A stretch of 64,000 nt of DNA from Phoronis australis (taxonomy: Eukaryota > Animalia > Phoronida): NCBI GenBank assembly GCA_002633005.1, contig NMRA01000089.1, forward strand, positions 558,001 through 622,000, written 5' to 3'. The translations under genes and the position numbers were made by a program. The first letter of the stretch is position 1; every line of letters begins with the position of its first letter. The notes below the pieces were generated by a model. That model saw only the letters and a list, made by a program, of their open reading frames with translations. It did not search any database and was not told the DNA's origin. Positions 49,204-61,000 of the stretch are shown piece after piece.

Positions 49204-52020
49204 TCATGCAGACTTTCGTTGATAATAATTGCAGTGTATTCGGCAAGTAAACAAAAAATAAAGACCTTCACATACAACCATTCCCAGAAAACCTAGAGCT
49301 GCGTAAAAAATTGGTTGAGAAGTATGGGAGTTAATTATTTCCTTATTTTTTTCGCCGCCTGATTTTACGTTGCATGATTCCACGAAGGAGACAGTGCTAC
49401 TTTGTATGATATTTACCGCTTCGCATGATACATGCCCTGTTTCAACATGTTCTTTAGCCATGTTAAAAACGGCAGTGTTTGTTCCTTCACTCATATTTAC
49501 ATTCTTTGAAGGAAAAAATTCAGTGGTGCCACGTGAATTCGTTATCAACAAAGTTGGTGCCGGATCGCCTGACGACGAACACGAAACCGTAACATTTTCA
49601 CCAGTAAACGAAACGTTCAATTCGGGAGGCGATGGTGGACGGCAGACAAGATTTACTTTCAAGAAGCTTTCTAAAATGTCCGATGTCGACACAGGAGTAG
49701 AGCAAGCAGGGATGTCAAAATTCAGCATTTTTCTGTGATTGTTTGCAAACCACGTCTGAACTTCAGTCATGTCACAGTTGCAGTGAATAGGGTTTTTGGA
49801 AAAACGAAATGTCGCACCGAGAAAGTTGCGCGTAAAAAGTTCACGAGGCAGTTTTTGAAGCTGGTTATCAGAAAGAGACAAGGAAAGCAAATCATTCATT
49901 TTCACGAATGCTTCGTTGTCAATATACGATATCAGGTTGTGCGACAAATCAAGTATTCGCATTTGATCCAACTGTCCAACCATTTTCCTGTCGATAGATC
50001 TCAGTTTATTGTATGACAGATCTATATTAACAAGCGAGGGAATGTGGTCAAATGTTCCGTGCTCTATGGAATTTATAGAGTTGTTAAACAAATTCACCAT
50101 CACCAGAGACGAAAGGCTGCCGCCTAAAAAAGTTTTCGAAACATGTGTCAACCGGTTTCCGCTCAATATAAGAATTATCAGATTGGTCATATTTTCGAAG
50201 CTGCCGTCATCTATGATTTCAATTAGATTGCTTGACAAATCAAGTCGTGAAAGTCCTTTGAGGTTAGAGAAAAAATGTGTTCGTATTCTTCTCAAAGTGT
50301 TTCTCCACATTGTTAGAGACCTAAGACTGGGCATCGAGTGAAATGTTTTAGGACCAATGGTAGCTATGTTATTATTAGAAAGTCGAAGAGTTCCTAAATT
50401 CACTAATCCAACGAAAGAATAGGCTGACAAACGGGTTATGTTGTTTTCATCCAAAAAGAGTTGAGTCGTAACCGTTTGATTAATAAATGCACCATCTTCG
50501 AGACACCAAATGTTGTTTCGTACCAAATTAATAGTTTCACCTCGTATTTTATCCATAAAGCGTCTAGTGACGCAAATGCCATTACTTGCTTGGTAAGTAA
50601 TTTTGATATAATTGGCATCAATTGCGTAAGGGAATGCAATTTCATCATGAACAATAGCGCTTATTGACAGAATCATGGAGCTCACGTTTATTCTAGGTAC
50701 AACTTTGGGAGAGAACACGTCTAAATAAAGCATGCTTAGTTTCATCAATTTGTCGAAGACTTTGCGTTTGACATGCATTATACGATTTTCTCCCAAGTCA
50801 AGTATTTTGAGATTAGATAGGCCGTGAAAGCTAGCTTCACTCAGTGACTGTATTGAATTGTTATTCAATAACAAATTCTCCAAACCATTGGGGAAGGCGA
50901 AATCGTCAATTCGCGAAATGTTATTGCAGGCGAGTACTAAAGTCATTAACCGGCTAAGTCGATGGAACAGACTGTTTGACACGTGTTTCAATTTGTTAAA
51001 AGAAAGGTCTAAATTATACAGCAAAGCTAAATGAGAAAAGGAATTATCTTCAATGAAAGCAATTTGATTCCAACTCAAATCTAAGTCTTCCAGCGACACC
51101 AATCCAGCAAAAGTTGTCGTCTTGATGTCCTCTAAGTTGTTTCGGTCAAGACTTAGGGTTTGCAAATGTGTCGTGTTATAAAATGGGATGCCGCTTGTCT
51201 CAGTAATGTTATTTCTTGTCATGTTCAAATTCCTTAGACCGTCCAGTCCATTGACAGAGTCTGCGCTTATCCCACTTGCATTATGCCCCCGATAGAGTTC
51301 AGTCAAATTCTTCAAGGAAGAGACGTCTTTCAATTGTGAAAGTGTATTATTCGTTAAACGTAAAGTTTTTAACGCCGCCAATTCTCGAAGAGAATAAAAC
51401 GCGAAATTCTTGAGCAGGTTGTTAGTTAAATCAAGAGTCAACAGCTTCCTTAAAGGCACAAACGCAACGTCACTGATGGAAGTAAGAGCGTTATTTCCCA
51501 AAAGAAGCGTCTCCAAGTTACTCAAACCACTGAAAGTATCCCTTGAGAGACTTGACAGCATATTAAAATCGAGTGCAAGTGTCTTCAAAGACGGAAGGTT
51601 TGCAAAGAAGCCGTGTTCAATTGTAATGATGCCATTCGCAGTTAGAACAAGCCGTTGCAGATTGACCATTCCACGAAGCGAGTTGGTAGTAAGTGTCAAT
51701 ACTCGATTATTGTCAAGACCAAGGTACAGAAGGTTGTTGAGGTCCTTAGAAAAATTTTCTAGGCTAGAAATCTCGTTGTTTCCAAGGTCTAAGGAACGCA
51801 AAGTTGAGGCACTTTCCTCGAAAGCATTCCCTTGGACGTCTTGAATACCACAGTTTCTTAAGTCTAAATACTGCTTGTTCCGTCCAAGCTGAAGTGCGAC
51901 ATCTGCCGTCAAGCTCCTATCATGTTCATTAAACTTTACTGGACAGCTTTCAACTCCGTGATCTTCAAATATTAGGGTTGAAGCTGCTAATAAAACGTAC
52001 ACCAACGGACTAGCGAACAT
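49204..52020 (-). CDS. Single-exon leucine-rich-repeat transmembrane protein (signal peptide, >20 LRRs, LRRCT, Ig-like domain, TM helix, short tail), about 938 aa
   Basis: Uninterrupted ORF. The first ATG is at 52020 (MFASPLVYVLLAASTLIF, hydrophobic leader). It has repeated LxxLxLxxNxL units, the LRRCT motif NPIHCNCDM..W..C..C, an Ig-like segment VTVSCSSSGDPAPTL..GHVSCEAVNII, and the TM segment IFYAALGFLGMVVCEGLYFLF. There is no TIR domain before the stop. Confidence 0.9.
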   Translation of the reverse strand: MFASPLVYVLLAASTLIFEDHGVESCPVKFNEHDRSLTADVALQLGRNKQYLDLRNCGIQDVQGNAFEESASTLRSLDLGNNEISSLENFSKDLNNLLYLGLDNNRVLTLTTNSLRGMVNLQRLVLTANGIITIEHGFFANLPSLKTLALDFNMLSSLSRDTFSGLSNLETLLLGNNALTSISDVAFVPLRKLLTLDLTNNLLKNFAFYSLRELAALKTLRLTNNTLSQLKDVSSLKNLTELYRGHNASGISADSVNGLDGLRNLNMTRNNITETSGIPFYNTTHLQTLSLDRNNLEDIKTTTFAGLVSLEDLDLSWNQIAFIEDNSFSHLALLYNLDLSFNKLKHVSNSLFHRLSRLMTLVLACNNISRIDDFAFPNGLENLLLNNNSIQSLSEASFHGLSNLKILDLGENRIMHVKRKVFDKLMKLSMLYLDVFSPKVVPRINVSSMILSISAIVHDEIAFPYAIDANYIKITYQASNGICVTRRFMDKIRGETINLVRNNIWCLEDGAFINQTVTTQLFLDENNITRLSAYSFVGLVNLGTLRLSNNNIATIGPKTFHSMPSLRSLTMWRNTLRRIRTHFFSNLKGLSRLDLSSNLIEIIDDGSFENMTNLIILILSGNRLTHVSKTFLGGSLSSLVMVNLFNNSINSIEHGTFDHIPSLVNIDLSYNKLRSIDRKMVGQLDQMRILDLSHNLISYIDNEAFVKMNDLLSLSLSDNQLQKLPRELFTRNFLGATFRFSKNPIHCNCDMTEVQTWFANNHRKMLNFDIPACSTPVSTSDILESFLKVNLVCRPPSPPELNVSFTGENVTVSCSSSGDPAPTLLITNSRGTTEFFPSKNVNMSEGTNTAVFNMAKEHVETGHVSCEAVNIIQSSTVSFVESCNVKSGGEKNKEIINSHTSQPIFYAALGFLGMVVCEGLYFLFTCRIHCNYYQRKSA

Positions 52021-55000
52021 CGTCGAGTTTTGTCCAAACAACTCCCCAGTGTGTGCATATATACCTGTGTACTGATACCTTGTTTATGACGTGCTTGACG
52101 AAACTCATAAGTCTGCGTCGTTAAGTGTTAACAACGCAATTAATCCTTAACAGTGTTGAAAAGTAATTTACATCCAGAATTTTTGAGATGTTGACAAACT
52201 GATGAAGACGAGATCTCACCGATATCGATCGCGGTGATGGTGTTGATGTGCATTTGTTCGTGTCATATCTTATCAATCTTTTTTCGGTGAGTTTGAAAAT
52301 TCGTGCACTGCCACTGACAATTTTCAACGGATTTTTATTTCTTAATTCTAAATATCCAATTAATTACTGAATGTGTAAAATCACGGTGACGTTCTCGTGT
52401 AATTTTATTTCCGTCATTCTGTTAACTCTTCCACGAACCTCTAGCGACAAAACGGGTGGGTAATTCTTCTTGAAATTTGTCAAAGATTAAGAAACAGACT
52501 ATATGAAAACAGTAGATTTTCAAAAATCATTCTATATTTTTAGTGAACTTCTTTGGTTTCTAAGTGTTTGTTCTGCATTTATAAATGGAAAGTTTAGGCC
52601 CTAAGAATAGAAGTGTTTGCGTAACTTTTCACCCTTGCGTCATGGCCCAGATGGCCCGCATTTAACTGGAAATCCCGCTTTCTATGCTTCAACCCAATTG
52701 TCGGTTTTTTCATTCTCGAATGTTGACAACTATGCAACAGGTGTTAAAATAATTTTGTCACGAATATTGGTATTCTCTATAGTCCACCTTTTTAGCAAAA
52801 ATGTGTTCCAGTGTCTCTTGTTTACGCTGCAAGTATCAGGATTACCAATTTTCTCTTTCTGTAGAAATGAGTATTTATAAACTACTACAGAAAGTCATAC
52901 ATTGCAATCTGTGTAATAATCTATCCACTGCATTTCAAAGCTAACATTAGATGTTTTCTTTTTTCCATCTGTCGGAAAGCCTTTATCTGCCAATTTCGGA
53001 TAGGTAGTTGGTGTAATTATTTTATCACATTGTCGCTGCATCCTGAATTTTTACTGTATCAAACGGCACCAAAGGTCCAATTAATTCATTAAAAAACGTA
53101 CAATGTCGAATAAATGTCTGTCTAAATTCTGCCCAACAACAGTGGGGGATCCATGCTCTAAAATCTTTGTCTTGAGAGGGGATATTTCTTTTGTGAACCA
53201 TTAAAATTTTCTCCCTGCTGGTTTAACTTGTCATTTCTATGACCTCTTTGGTTCACTTCTCACCTGATACGAAAGCAAGTTGAGATCAGCTTTGTACAAT
53301 TATAGCTGTCAATGGCCTAATTTAAAAGTTTGCTTTTTGATGGGTAGCAAGTTTATAGATAGACGCTTTTAAAGTAGTCTAGAAAAATGTTCGGCTCTAC
53401 ATGTCACTGCCGAAAAACGCAACGTTGGGCGTATTGTTGAATGGAATAGATTTTTTAAGAAATTAGCTTTGACCAGAGCAGTATTTTTTAACCCAGGTCT
53501 AATGCCTCTTGGCGCTTTCTGGGTTATGTATATTCATTGCATTCTGAAGATTTCGTAATAAACATTAAAAAAAACAGAGCAGTAAAATTCGTTGTTTTTT
53601 ATTACAAGTCGTCAGCTCCCATCGTTGAAAAAAAAGCCAGCAGATAGTTTGGATACGACGCGCGCGTGAGCTTTATGTTCTAATTTGCGCTTGGGCTGAT
53701 TTTAGAAAAAGCCTTTTCTAGTCACTTTAATTCTAGAAAAAATATGACATGCAAACCTTAAATATATATGTGACTCACAAACAGACGCAACTATTATCCT
53801 TATGTTTTATTATCAATTGTGTTTTATTGCATTTGAGAATATTTATCCTGTTACAAATGGACACGTTTAAACCAAATGTGCGATACTATTGTCAGACACG
53901 TGCCTCATTCTCAAAGAATAATCTGAATTTAGAGATTATTTTCCGAAAAAAGCGATCACGAAGAAAGGTAAAAAGGCATCAACGTTTTAGATACTTTAAT
54001 ATCCAAAACTTTGATGCTTTGCTGGATGTTGTATTTGGTTTTAAACTTAACACCTTCTTATGGCAGCAACTAAATATTTAGCATAAAGTTTGCACTATAT
54101 ATTACAATTACGGCCTAAACAAAATATTTATTTTGTAACGAGTTCATAGTCAACACATTTACCAGCCCTTTCGTTAAAGCCGCATATCACCTTATTTAAT
54201 ATGAAAAACGAAAATCCAGTAACCAGGGCTTTTTGCTATCACACCAGTCCCAATATTCCTTACCGTGATTATGTACTATTTCCGTTAACAGCAGGAAACT
54301 CACAACGACTCGAGAATTTGCTTTAGACATTATTGGGTTTGACGAACCCTAAAACGCTGACTTTCAAAATGGCGCATTAACACATTGCCTGAGACTTGAG
54401 TTGGTAATGGAAATGGATATTGCGAGACTAATTTTATAAGACTTACCCTAATTCAAATTTTGTTTTTTGGCAAGCCAAATTTGTAAGGCTTTGGTGATGT
54501 CCTAAATCAAGTCGAGTGATTTCCAAACAGAACGTTCTGTTCGTTAAAACGAACCAAACGATACTGACAGCCTGAACGTCATTAACTATAATTAACATAA
54601 ACCCTGCCTCTTGGTTCATGCATTTGTAACAAGAGACTAAAATTTGTTGCGTAGATCACACTTTACTTTAATTTGTCTTGTTATGAACGACCGCATATTA
54701 TGTTTGTTCTTTCTTGCGTGCTCCAGTTATTTTATTATGAAAGTTTTGACAGAACACGTTCTATTAGAAGTGATACCGTGTTTTTTGTATTTTATGTTGC
54801 ACCTTTATTCATATGTACGGCGTTAAAACGTAATAGGATGTAATGTAAAAAATGCAACAGTTTCCTAATGTGTAAAAACTGTTCTGCAATTGATATATAC
54901 TGATGAAGGATTTTTCTATCGCTTGTACTCATTTTGTAAAAATACATCATGATTGTTATTACAACATAAAGAATGACGTAACAGTTAATGATTTGTAAAT

Positions 55001-55189
55001 TATTATGCGTGCCATTTTTCATGGCAGAACAAGATTACCTTTTTGATTACTGGACGTGTAGATCATATCACCAATAGTTGGTATGACTACAAATAAAAAA
55101 GATATTTTGAAGAGGACTAATGAGAGACTGAACCTGTACATCTCACGAAAGCGAGCGAAAAAACGAATTAAAGCGTATCAAGCAATGTG

Positions 55190-56533
55190 TTCTAATAGTG
55201 CACATTGCTCCAGTGGTTTCCGAAAGCCACTTAGAGACATCCTGTAAGAGAATGAGTCAACAGACGATGATAATGTTTTGAGAAGCCAGAGACACCAAGT
55301 GGTAGCCAAGAGTGACGAATTCCCTAAGCCTTTATGTTCTGGTGATGTCGAAAAACAGATAGAACAAAGCAAAGTTACTAGTAACAACCGTGTTCAGTGT
55401 TTGAATGCTAGTCAAGAGCCACCAAGAAACATCATCTCGGACGCAACTGAGATGAGAGCTGACGATAGTGAGGAGATACCCACTTTCACCTGGTGGCTTT
55501 GGTGATGCCGAAGAAGCAATATCACAAAACAGAGTTATATGTACGCTTAATGACAGAGAGCGACGAAAAGACGAGGATACGTTGGGAGGCAACGGCCTCA
55601 AGGTGGCGACCAAGAGTAGCAAATTGCCTCCGTTTGGAAGGTCTGGTGGTGGTAAAAGACGGTTAAAACAAAAAAGAGGTTTCCGCAATAACCGTGTACA
55701 TTGCTTGAATGCTAAAAGAGACAGAGCCTCGTAGAGGCACCATCCCGGACGAGAATGTTTTGGGATGCAACGAATACGAAGTCGTAGCCAAGGGTGGCGA
55801 CGTATCACCCCGGGCATGTTCTGGTGATGCTAAAGGATGTGAAAAAGAGAGCAATCCGAACTCCTCAAAGAAACTCAGCTGAGCACGACAACAGAGGGTG
55901 GTCCGAACGTATTCCCGGAAGAAGTTGCAGTAGTTGGTACGAGCAGGGACATATATGGGTTAGACAGAGAAGGCGAAGAGCGAAAGTTGTCAGTTTTTCG
56001 GAGAGTAATTCGTAAAGTGTAATTCGCATTTTCTACGAAAAAGCGTAATAAAAATAACAGGAATTAGTCTGGATATGAACCTGCTTTTTTCTTTCCAACT
56101 TTCAAGACGTCGCCGTTTCTCGATCTACCAGACTTCGTTCATCGTGACGGAAAACCCGTCGTCATTGATCGAGGAAAGTATGGCTGTACTACGTTCCTAG
56201 TTGAGCGACTGCAGATGTTCTACGCCCTCAAAGTATTTTGCAAAGAGTCGTCATCTCTATACGAGGTCAGTAGAGAAATTGAAGTGTTCAAGTTTGTCAA
56301 TGGGAAAGGAATCGGGCCTCACATTCGAGTGTTTTTCCCGTTGTAGGAAAATTCGATTCACATTCCGTGGGGAATTTTATTGGACTTCGCAGGAAACGCT
56401 ACCCACAGTGGGGAGACACTCCATGAACTGCTTAGCAACTACAAGAAGGAAACGTTTGGGTTTACTCCACTTACCGATCGAGAGTGGCTTGACATCTTGA
56501 TCAAGATGTGTGAACAAATTAATGTTCTCAACA
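55190..56533 (+). pseudogene. Other copy (probably allelic) of the kinase-like pseudogene
   Basis: 55275-56533 is near-identical to 56779-58050 but has different lesions, including a TAG after RVFFPL and a deletion near 55478. Confidence 0.55.
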
Positions 56534-56778
56534 GAGCAGGGCCCGGTCTCTAATCTTTGTACTCGAAACGAACTCGAAACTATTTTTGGCAATTTCTCTG
56601 CTCCTTTTGTGCGAACTTAAGATAGTTGGTTATCAGACTGTGCTCGAATACATTATAGTTTATGCATATGAGTTTCTAGTTAAAGTTTGCCCTTGAAGAC
56701 CCTTATATTCGTGCTACAAACTCGAGTAAAAACTCGAAATTTCGAGTTCAAACTCGAACTTATTGCTTTAATATTGGN

Positions 56779-58060
56779 GTTTTGAGAAGCCAGAGACACC
56801 AAGTGGTAGCCAAGAGTGACGAATTCCCTAAGCCTTTATGTTCTGGTGATGTCGAAAAACAGATAGAACAAAGCAAAGTTACTAGTAACAACCGTGTTCA
56901 GTGTTTGAATGCTAGTCAAGAGCCACCAAGAAACATCATCTCGGACGCAACTGAGATGAGAGCTGACGATAGTGAGGAGATAGCCAAAAATAACGATTTA
57001 CTTTCACCTGGTGGCTTTAGTGATGCCGAAGAAGCAATATTACAAAACAGAGTTATATCTACGCTTAATGACAGAGAGCGACGAAAAGACGAGGATACGT
57101 TGGGAGGCAACGGCCTCAAGGTGGCGACCAAGAGTAGCAAATTGCCTCCGTTTAGAAGGTCTGGTGGTGGTAAAAGACGGTTAAAACAAAAAAGAGGTTT
57201 CCGCAATAACCGTGTACATTGCTTGAATGCTAAAAGAGACAGAGCCTCGTAGAGGCATCATCCCGGACGAGAATGATTTGGGATGCAACGAATACGAAGG
57301 CGTAGCCAAGGGTGGCGACGTATCACCCGGGCATGTTCTGGTGATGCTAAAGGATGTGAAGATGAGAGCAATCCGAACTCCTCAAAGAAACTGAGCATGG
57401 CAACAGAGGGTGGTCCACACGTGTTCCCGGAAGAAGTTGCAGTAGTTGGTACGAGCGGGGACATACATGGCTTAGACAGAGAAGGCGAAGAGCGAAAGTT
57501 GTCAGTTTTTCGGAGAGTAATTCGTAAAGTGAAATTTGTATTTTCTACGAAAAAGCGTAATAAAAATAACAGGAATTAGTCTGGATATGAATCTGCTTTT
57601 TCTTTCCAACTTTCGCAGTTTCTCGATCTATCAGACTTTGCTTTGTTATGATTAGGTTCATCGTGACGGAAAACCCGTCGTCATTGATCGAGGAAATTAT
57701 GGCTGTACGTTCCTAGTTGAGCAACTGCAGATGTTCTACGCCCTCAAAGTATTTTGCAAAGAGTCGTCATCTCTATACGAGGTCAGTAGAGAGATCGAAG
57801 TGTTCAAGTTTGTCAATGGGAAAGCAATCGGGCCTCATATTCGAGTGTTTTTTCCCGTTGGAGGAAAATTCGATTCACTTTCCGTGGGGAATTTTATTGG
57901 AATTCGCAGGAAACCCTAGCCACAGTGCGGAGACACTCCATGAACTGCTTAGCAACTACGAGAAGGAAACGTTTGGGTTTACTCCACTTACCGATCGAGA
58001 GTGGCTTGACGTCTTGATCAAGATGTGTGAACAAATTAATGTTCTCAACATGTTGAGAGC
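56779..58060 (+). pseudogene. Protein-kinase-like pseudogene: repetitive N-terminal region plus kinase N-lobe, truncated before the catalytic loop
   Basis: 57662 onward reads RDGKPVVIDRGNYGCTFLV..FYALKVF..EVSREIEVF..IGPHIRVFF/(fs)PLEE..GILLEFAG..TLHELL..WLDVLIKMCEQINVL. This matches a Gly-loop, AxK, alphaC Glu, hinge and alphaE order, with no HxD or DFG. Upstream frames contain stops. Confidence 0.6.
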
Positions 58061-61000
58061 TGTGAGTCCGGACAGCATTGTAGTCATCAAATGGTTCGTA
58101 CAAGGTGCAGCTACTGGATTTCCGAGACGAAACGTTGTTGAAGAACAATCCTTGTACAACTCACTACGGCGACTTTATTAAGGTGTACGATCTGAGGATT
58201 CTCGTCAACTGGGAGACACATTCTAACAAAAGATTCTACGATGCTTCCCAACTAATGTCTCAAGGACCAGCATGAGCTACTTGGGATGACGTCATCAAGG
58301 CCTTGAGGACAGAAAAGAGCGCCACCTGCTCTGTCTTTGAAAAATGGTTTCTTTTTCGGAAATAGAAGTAATTTTCCCCTCTAATGCAAGTTTGGTATGG
58401 ATGTGCCGAAACCTGGCCTTAGCATTATGCTCACTGCAAAACATCAGGGCACACTCGAAGCGTCTGGTAAACATCAGCAACGGGTGCGGAGCCATAATTA
58501 CGGTCGCATCATAGACAATACTTAGACATCTGTGTGACCAACTTGTGAAGTTACTGAACTTGCTAATGTGATGTGGTGAGCATATGACTGTCATCTGATT
58601 AAGCTGGAGTACTTACGGCCATTGCTAGAAACTCAATCTAATTTTGATTAGACGATTACCTTCTTTGTGTTTATTTAATTTTTCGATGTTACTAATAGCT
58701 GGCCAAGGCTACGCATCCAGTAGATATTATTTATTTATGAAGTATTTATTCCTCTTTTAACCAACATACGGAGGAGTGTACTGCAACACTAATTGCAGTG
58801 ACATCTGTGGCCTTTTCGTGGAATTCACTCAGTAATTTGTACGGAATTTAAACTCCATAAAATGTCTTTCAATGAATTGAAGTACAGGTAAAAACTCTTT
58901 GCGTAATCATTTTATGTGTTGAATCACTACAAACCTGCTGTACTGCTGTCTATTCTTACACAAAAACGGGTTCTTTTCTAGCTCATAAAGTGGACGTTTT
59001 TGGAGGGAATTTTAATTCATAAGGGATACATTTTTCGATTTATGATTAAGACAAGGCAATAGACAATCAGACCTTGCCATGAAAAAAACACATTTGAGCG
59101 ATACGTCACGTGCGTACCTCTTACGTGAGTACCCTTTGGTCGACATCCTAAATAATGACAATTCACTCCATCTCGCATCGTATATACCACAACGCACAGC
59201 CGTTTACAACTTCCATTCCGTCAGCACTGCGAGGAAACTGGCGCGATCGTATCAACGACGACGAGTTTTCCAGTTTGAGAAAGTTCGCAAAATTGCATTG
59301 GAGAAGTTTTTTTAAGATAACCTGCAAAATGTCAAACTTTTAAAGTTTAGGCTCTCGCAGTTCCGATGGAGATATCACCGCATTACCAAAAATAGTGTAA
59401 AAAAATCCAAAAGTATCTGTGGGACCACTTCCAAAACTGTTTGTATTCGAACGGCGAAATGAAGGTAAGGCCTATGTTGCGGAAAGTGGTAAGACCAGGG
59501 TTTACAAAGAACTGCTTTTACTGACATTGCCTATCAATTTCAAAATATCAATTTTGTGTGAATGACTCCCATGGTTTACAACTCTCGGTTAAATTCTAAG
59601 CCACTATGGGGAACAGTTACCCCATCTCCAAGCCTAAAATGGCCGATAGTCGTAAAAGCGCGACCATGTGCGATAGCCTAGGCTCTGCTCGTTCACTTGG
59701 CAAATTATACAAAAATGAGGCATTCCTCCACCACAGTTCAAACTGTAAAATGGAACGCAGTGATTACAATTTCGGAAAACTTAAGTTAAATCCGGAAGAG
59801 ACCTACTCTTTTCTGGATTTCGCTCAATTGAGTACTACAAACGGACCATATTCCCAGTGTCTAGGTCAAACTTGTCGTTTGTTGCACGGGATGAATGAAT
59901 GTATTTTAATGAAGCAAACTCAGACTACGTGTGTCCTATTCTCATTGTGTCCATGTGTGTCCATATCCATGTCCATGAACATCTCCGTGGTGTCATTTAG
60001 ACTCAGTACGCGCTAAAGAAAAGTGTCTTTCGCCTGGTGAAATGTCTTGCGGAAGTTTTTTTGACAGGATGTTTTTCTGTCGTTCGAGTCGGAAAATTTG
60101 AACAGCGCAGGGAATTCGCTCTTAGATTTGTCTAGTTTGCATCTTCAACGACTTTGATGGCATTTGAATCGCAGATGAGTTCTATAATTTTGGCGGCTAT
60201 TATTTCAGTGTGTATTTTCTCCTATTTCAAATTGCGTTCTCAGCTACTCGAATATACGTGTCGGTCAGAGAGTGTCGATTTTTAAAACTTTTGCATCTGC
60301 AATTAGTCTTACGGTTTCATCAAATACCTCAGGCATTGCATCAATTACTCAAATATCTTGCCGGTCCTAAGGTCCGCCGGAGATAAAAAAATAAGGCGAA
60401 CGGAAACACTACATAAATTTAACTCAGAGAAACCACCAAATAGAAGAACAAACACACAATGCTAACGCTATCCGAAGATTGAGACTAATGAATGGTGAGA
60501 AAATGAACACGCATTTCACTACAGTCCCATCATCTACAAACTTTAGTTGTAACACAGAATGCAAAATATTACCGTATCAAAACTGTATGACATGCGTCAA
60601 GGACTAAGACATTCAGCTTCAGAAATTGTTGTTCACTGCGCCACCTACATGTACCGAGAGGCAAACAATACGACATGTTTAATAACAACTGTCATCACTT
60701 AATTAAAAGCTAATTTGATCAGTTTGTAACACTAACAGTTTGCCTGGGTCATTAATCAAACCGTTAATTATTTTCGAAGCAGATATCATTACCTCTGTAA
60801 TCTATAAGATCAACGATACATTTTGTTATTGAATCTACCTTTAAAAGGATACCAAACCCAGTTTTGGCTTATTAACAGAAATTAAAACGACTTTCCAATC
60901 CAATTTTCTGAAACAAAATAATGTTCTATAATCCTCAATATTCAGCAAAAGTTTGAAGGAAAAAACATTCGATGTCTGCTAAAGGGGCAAGCGTGACTTA

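Noticed and set aside
49370-51844. Plus-strand ORFs overlapping the LRR gene
   Set aside because: They are antisense shadows of a long coding sequence with no recognisable motifs.
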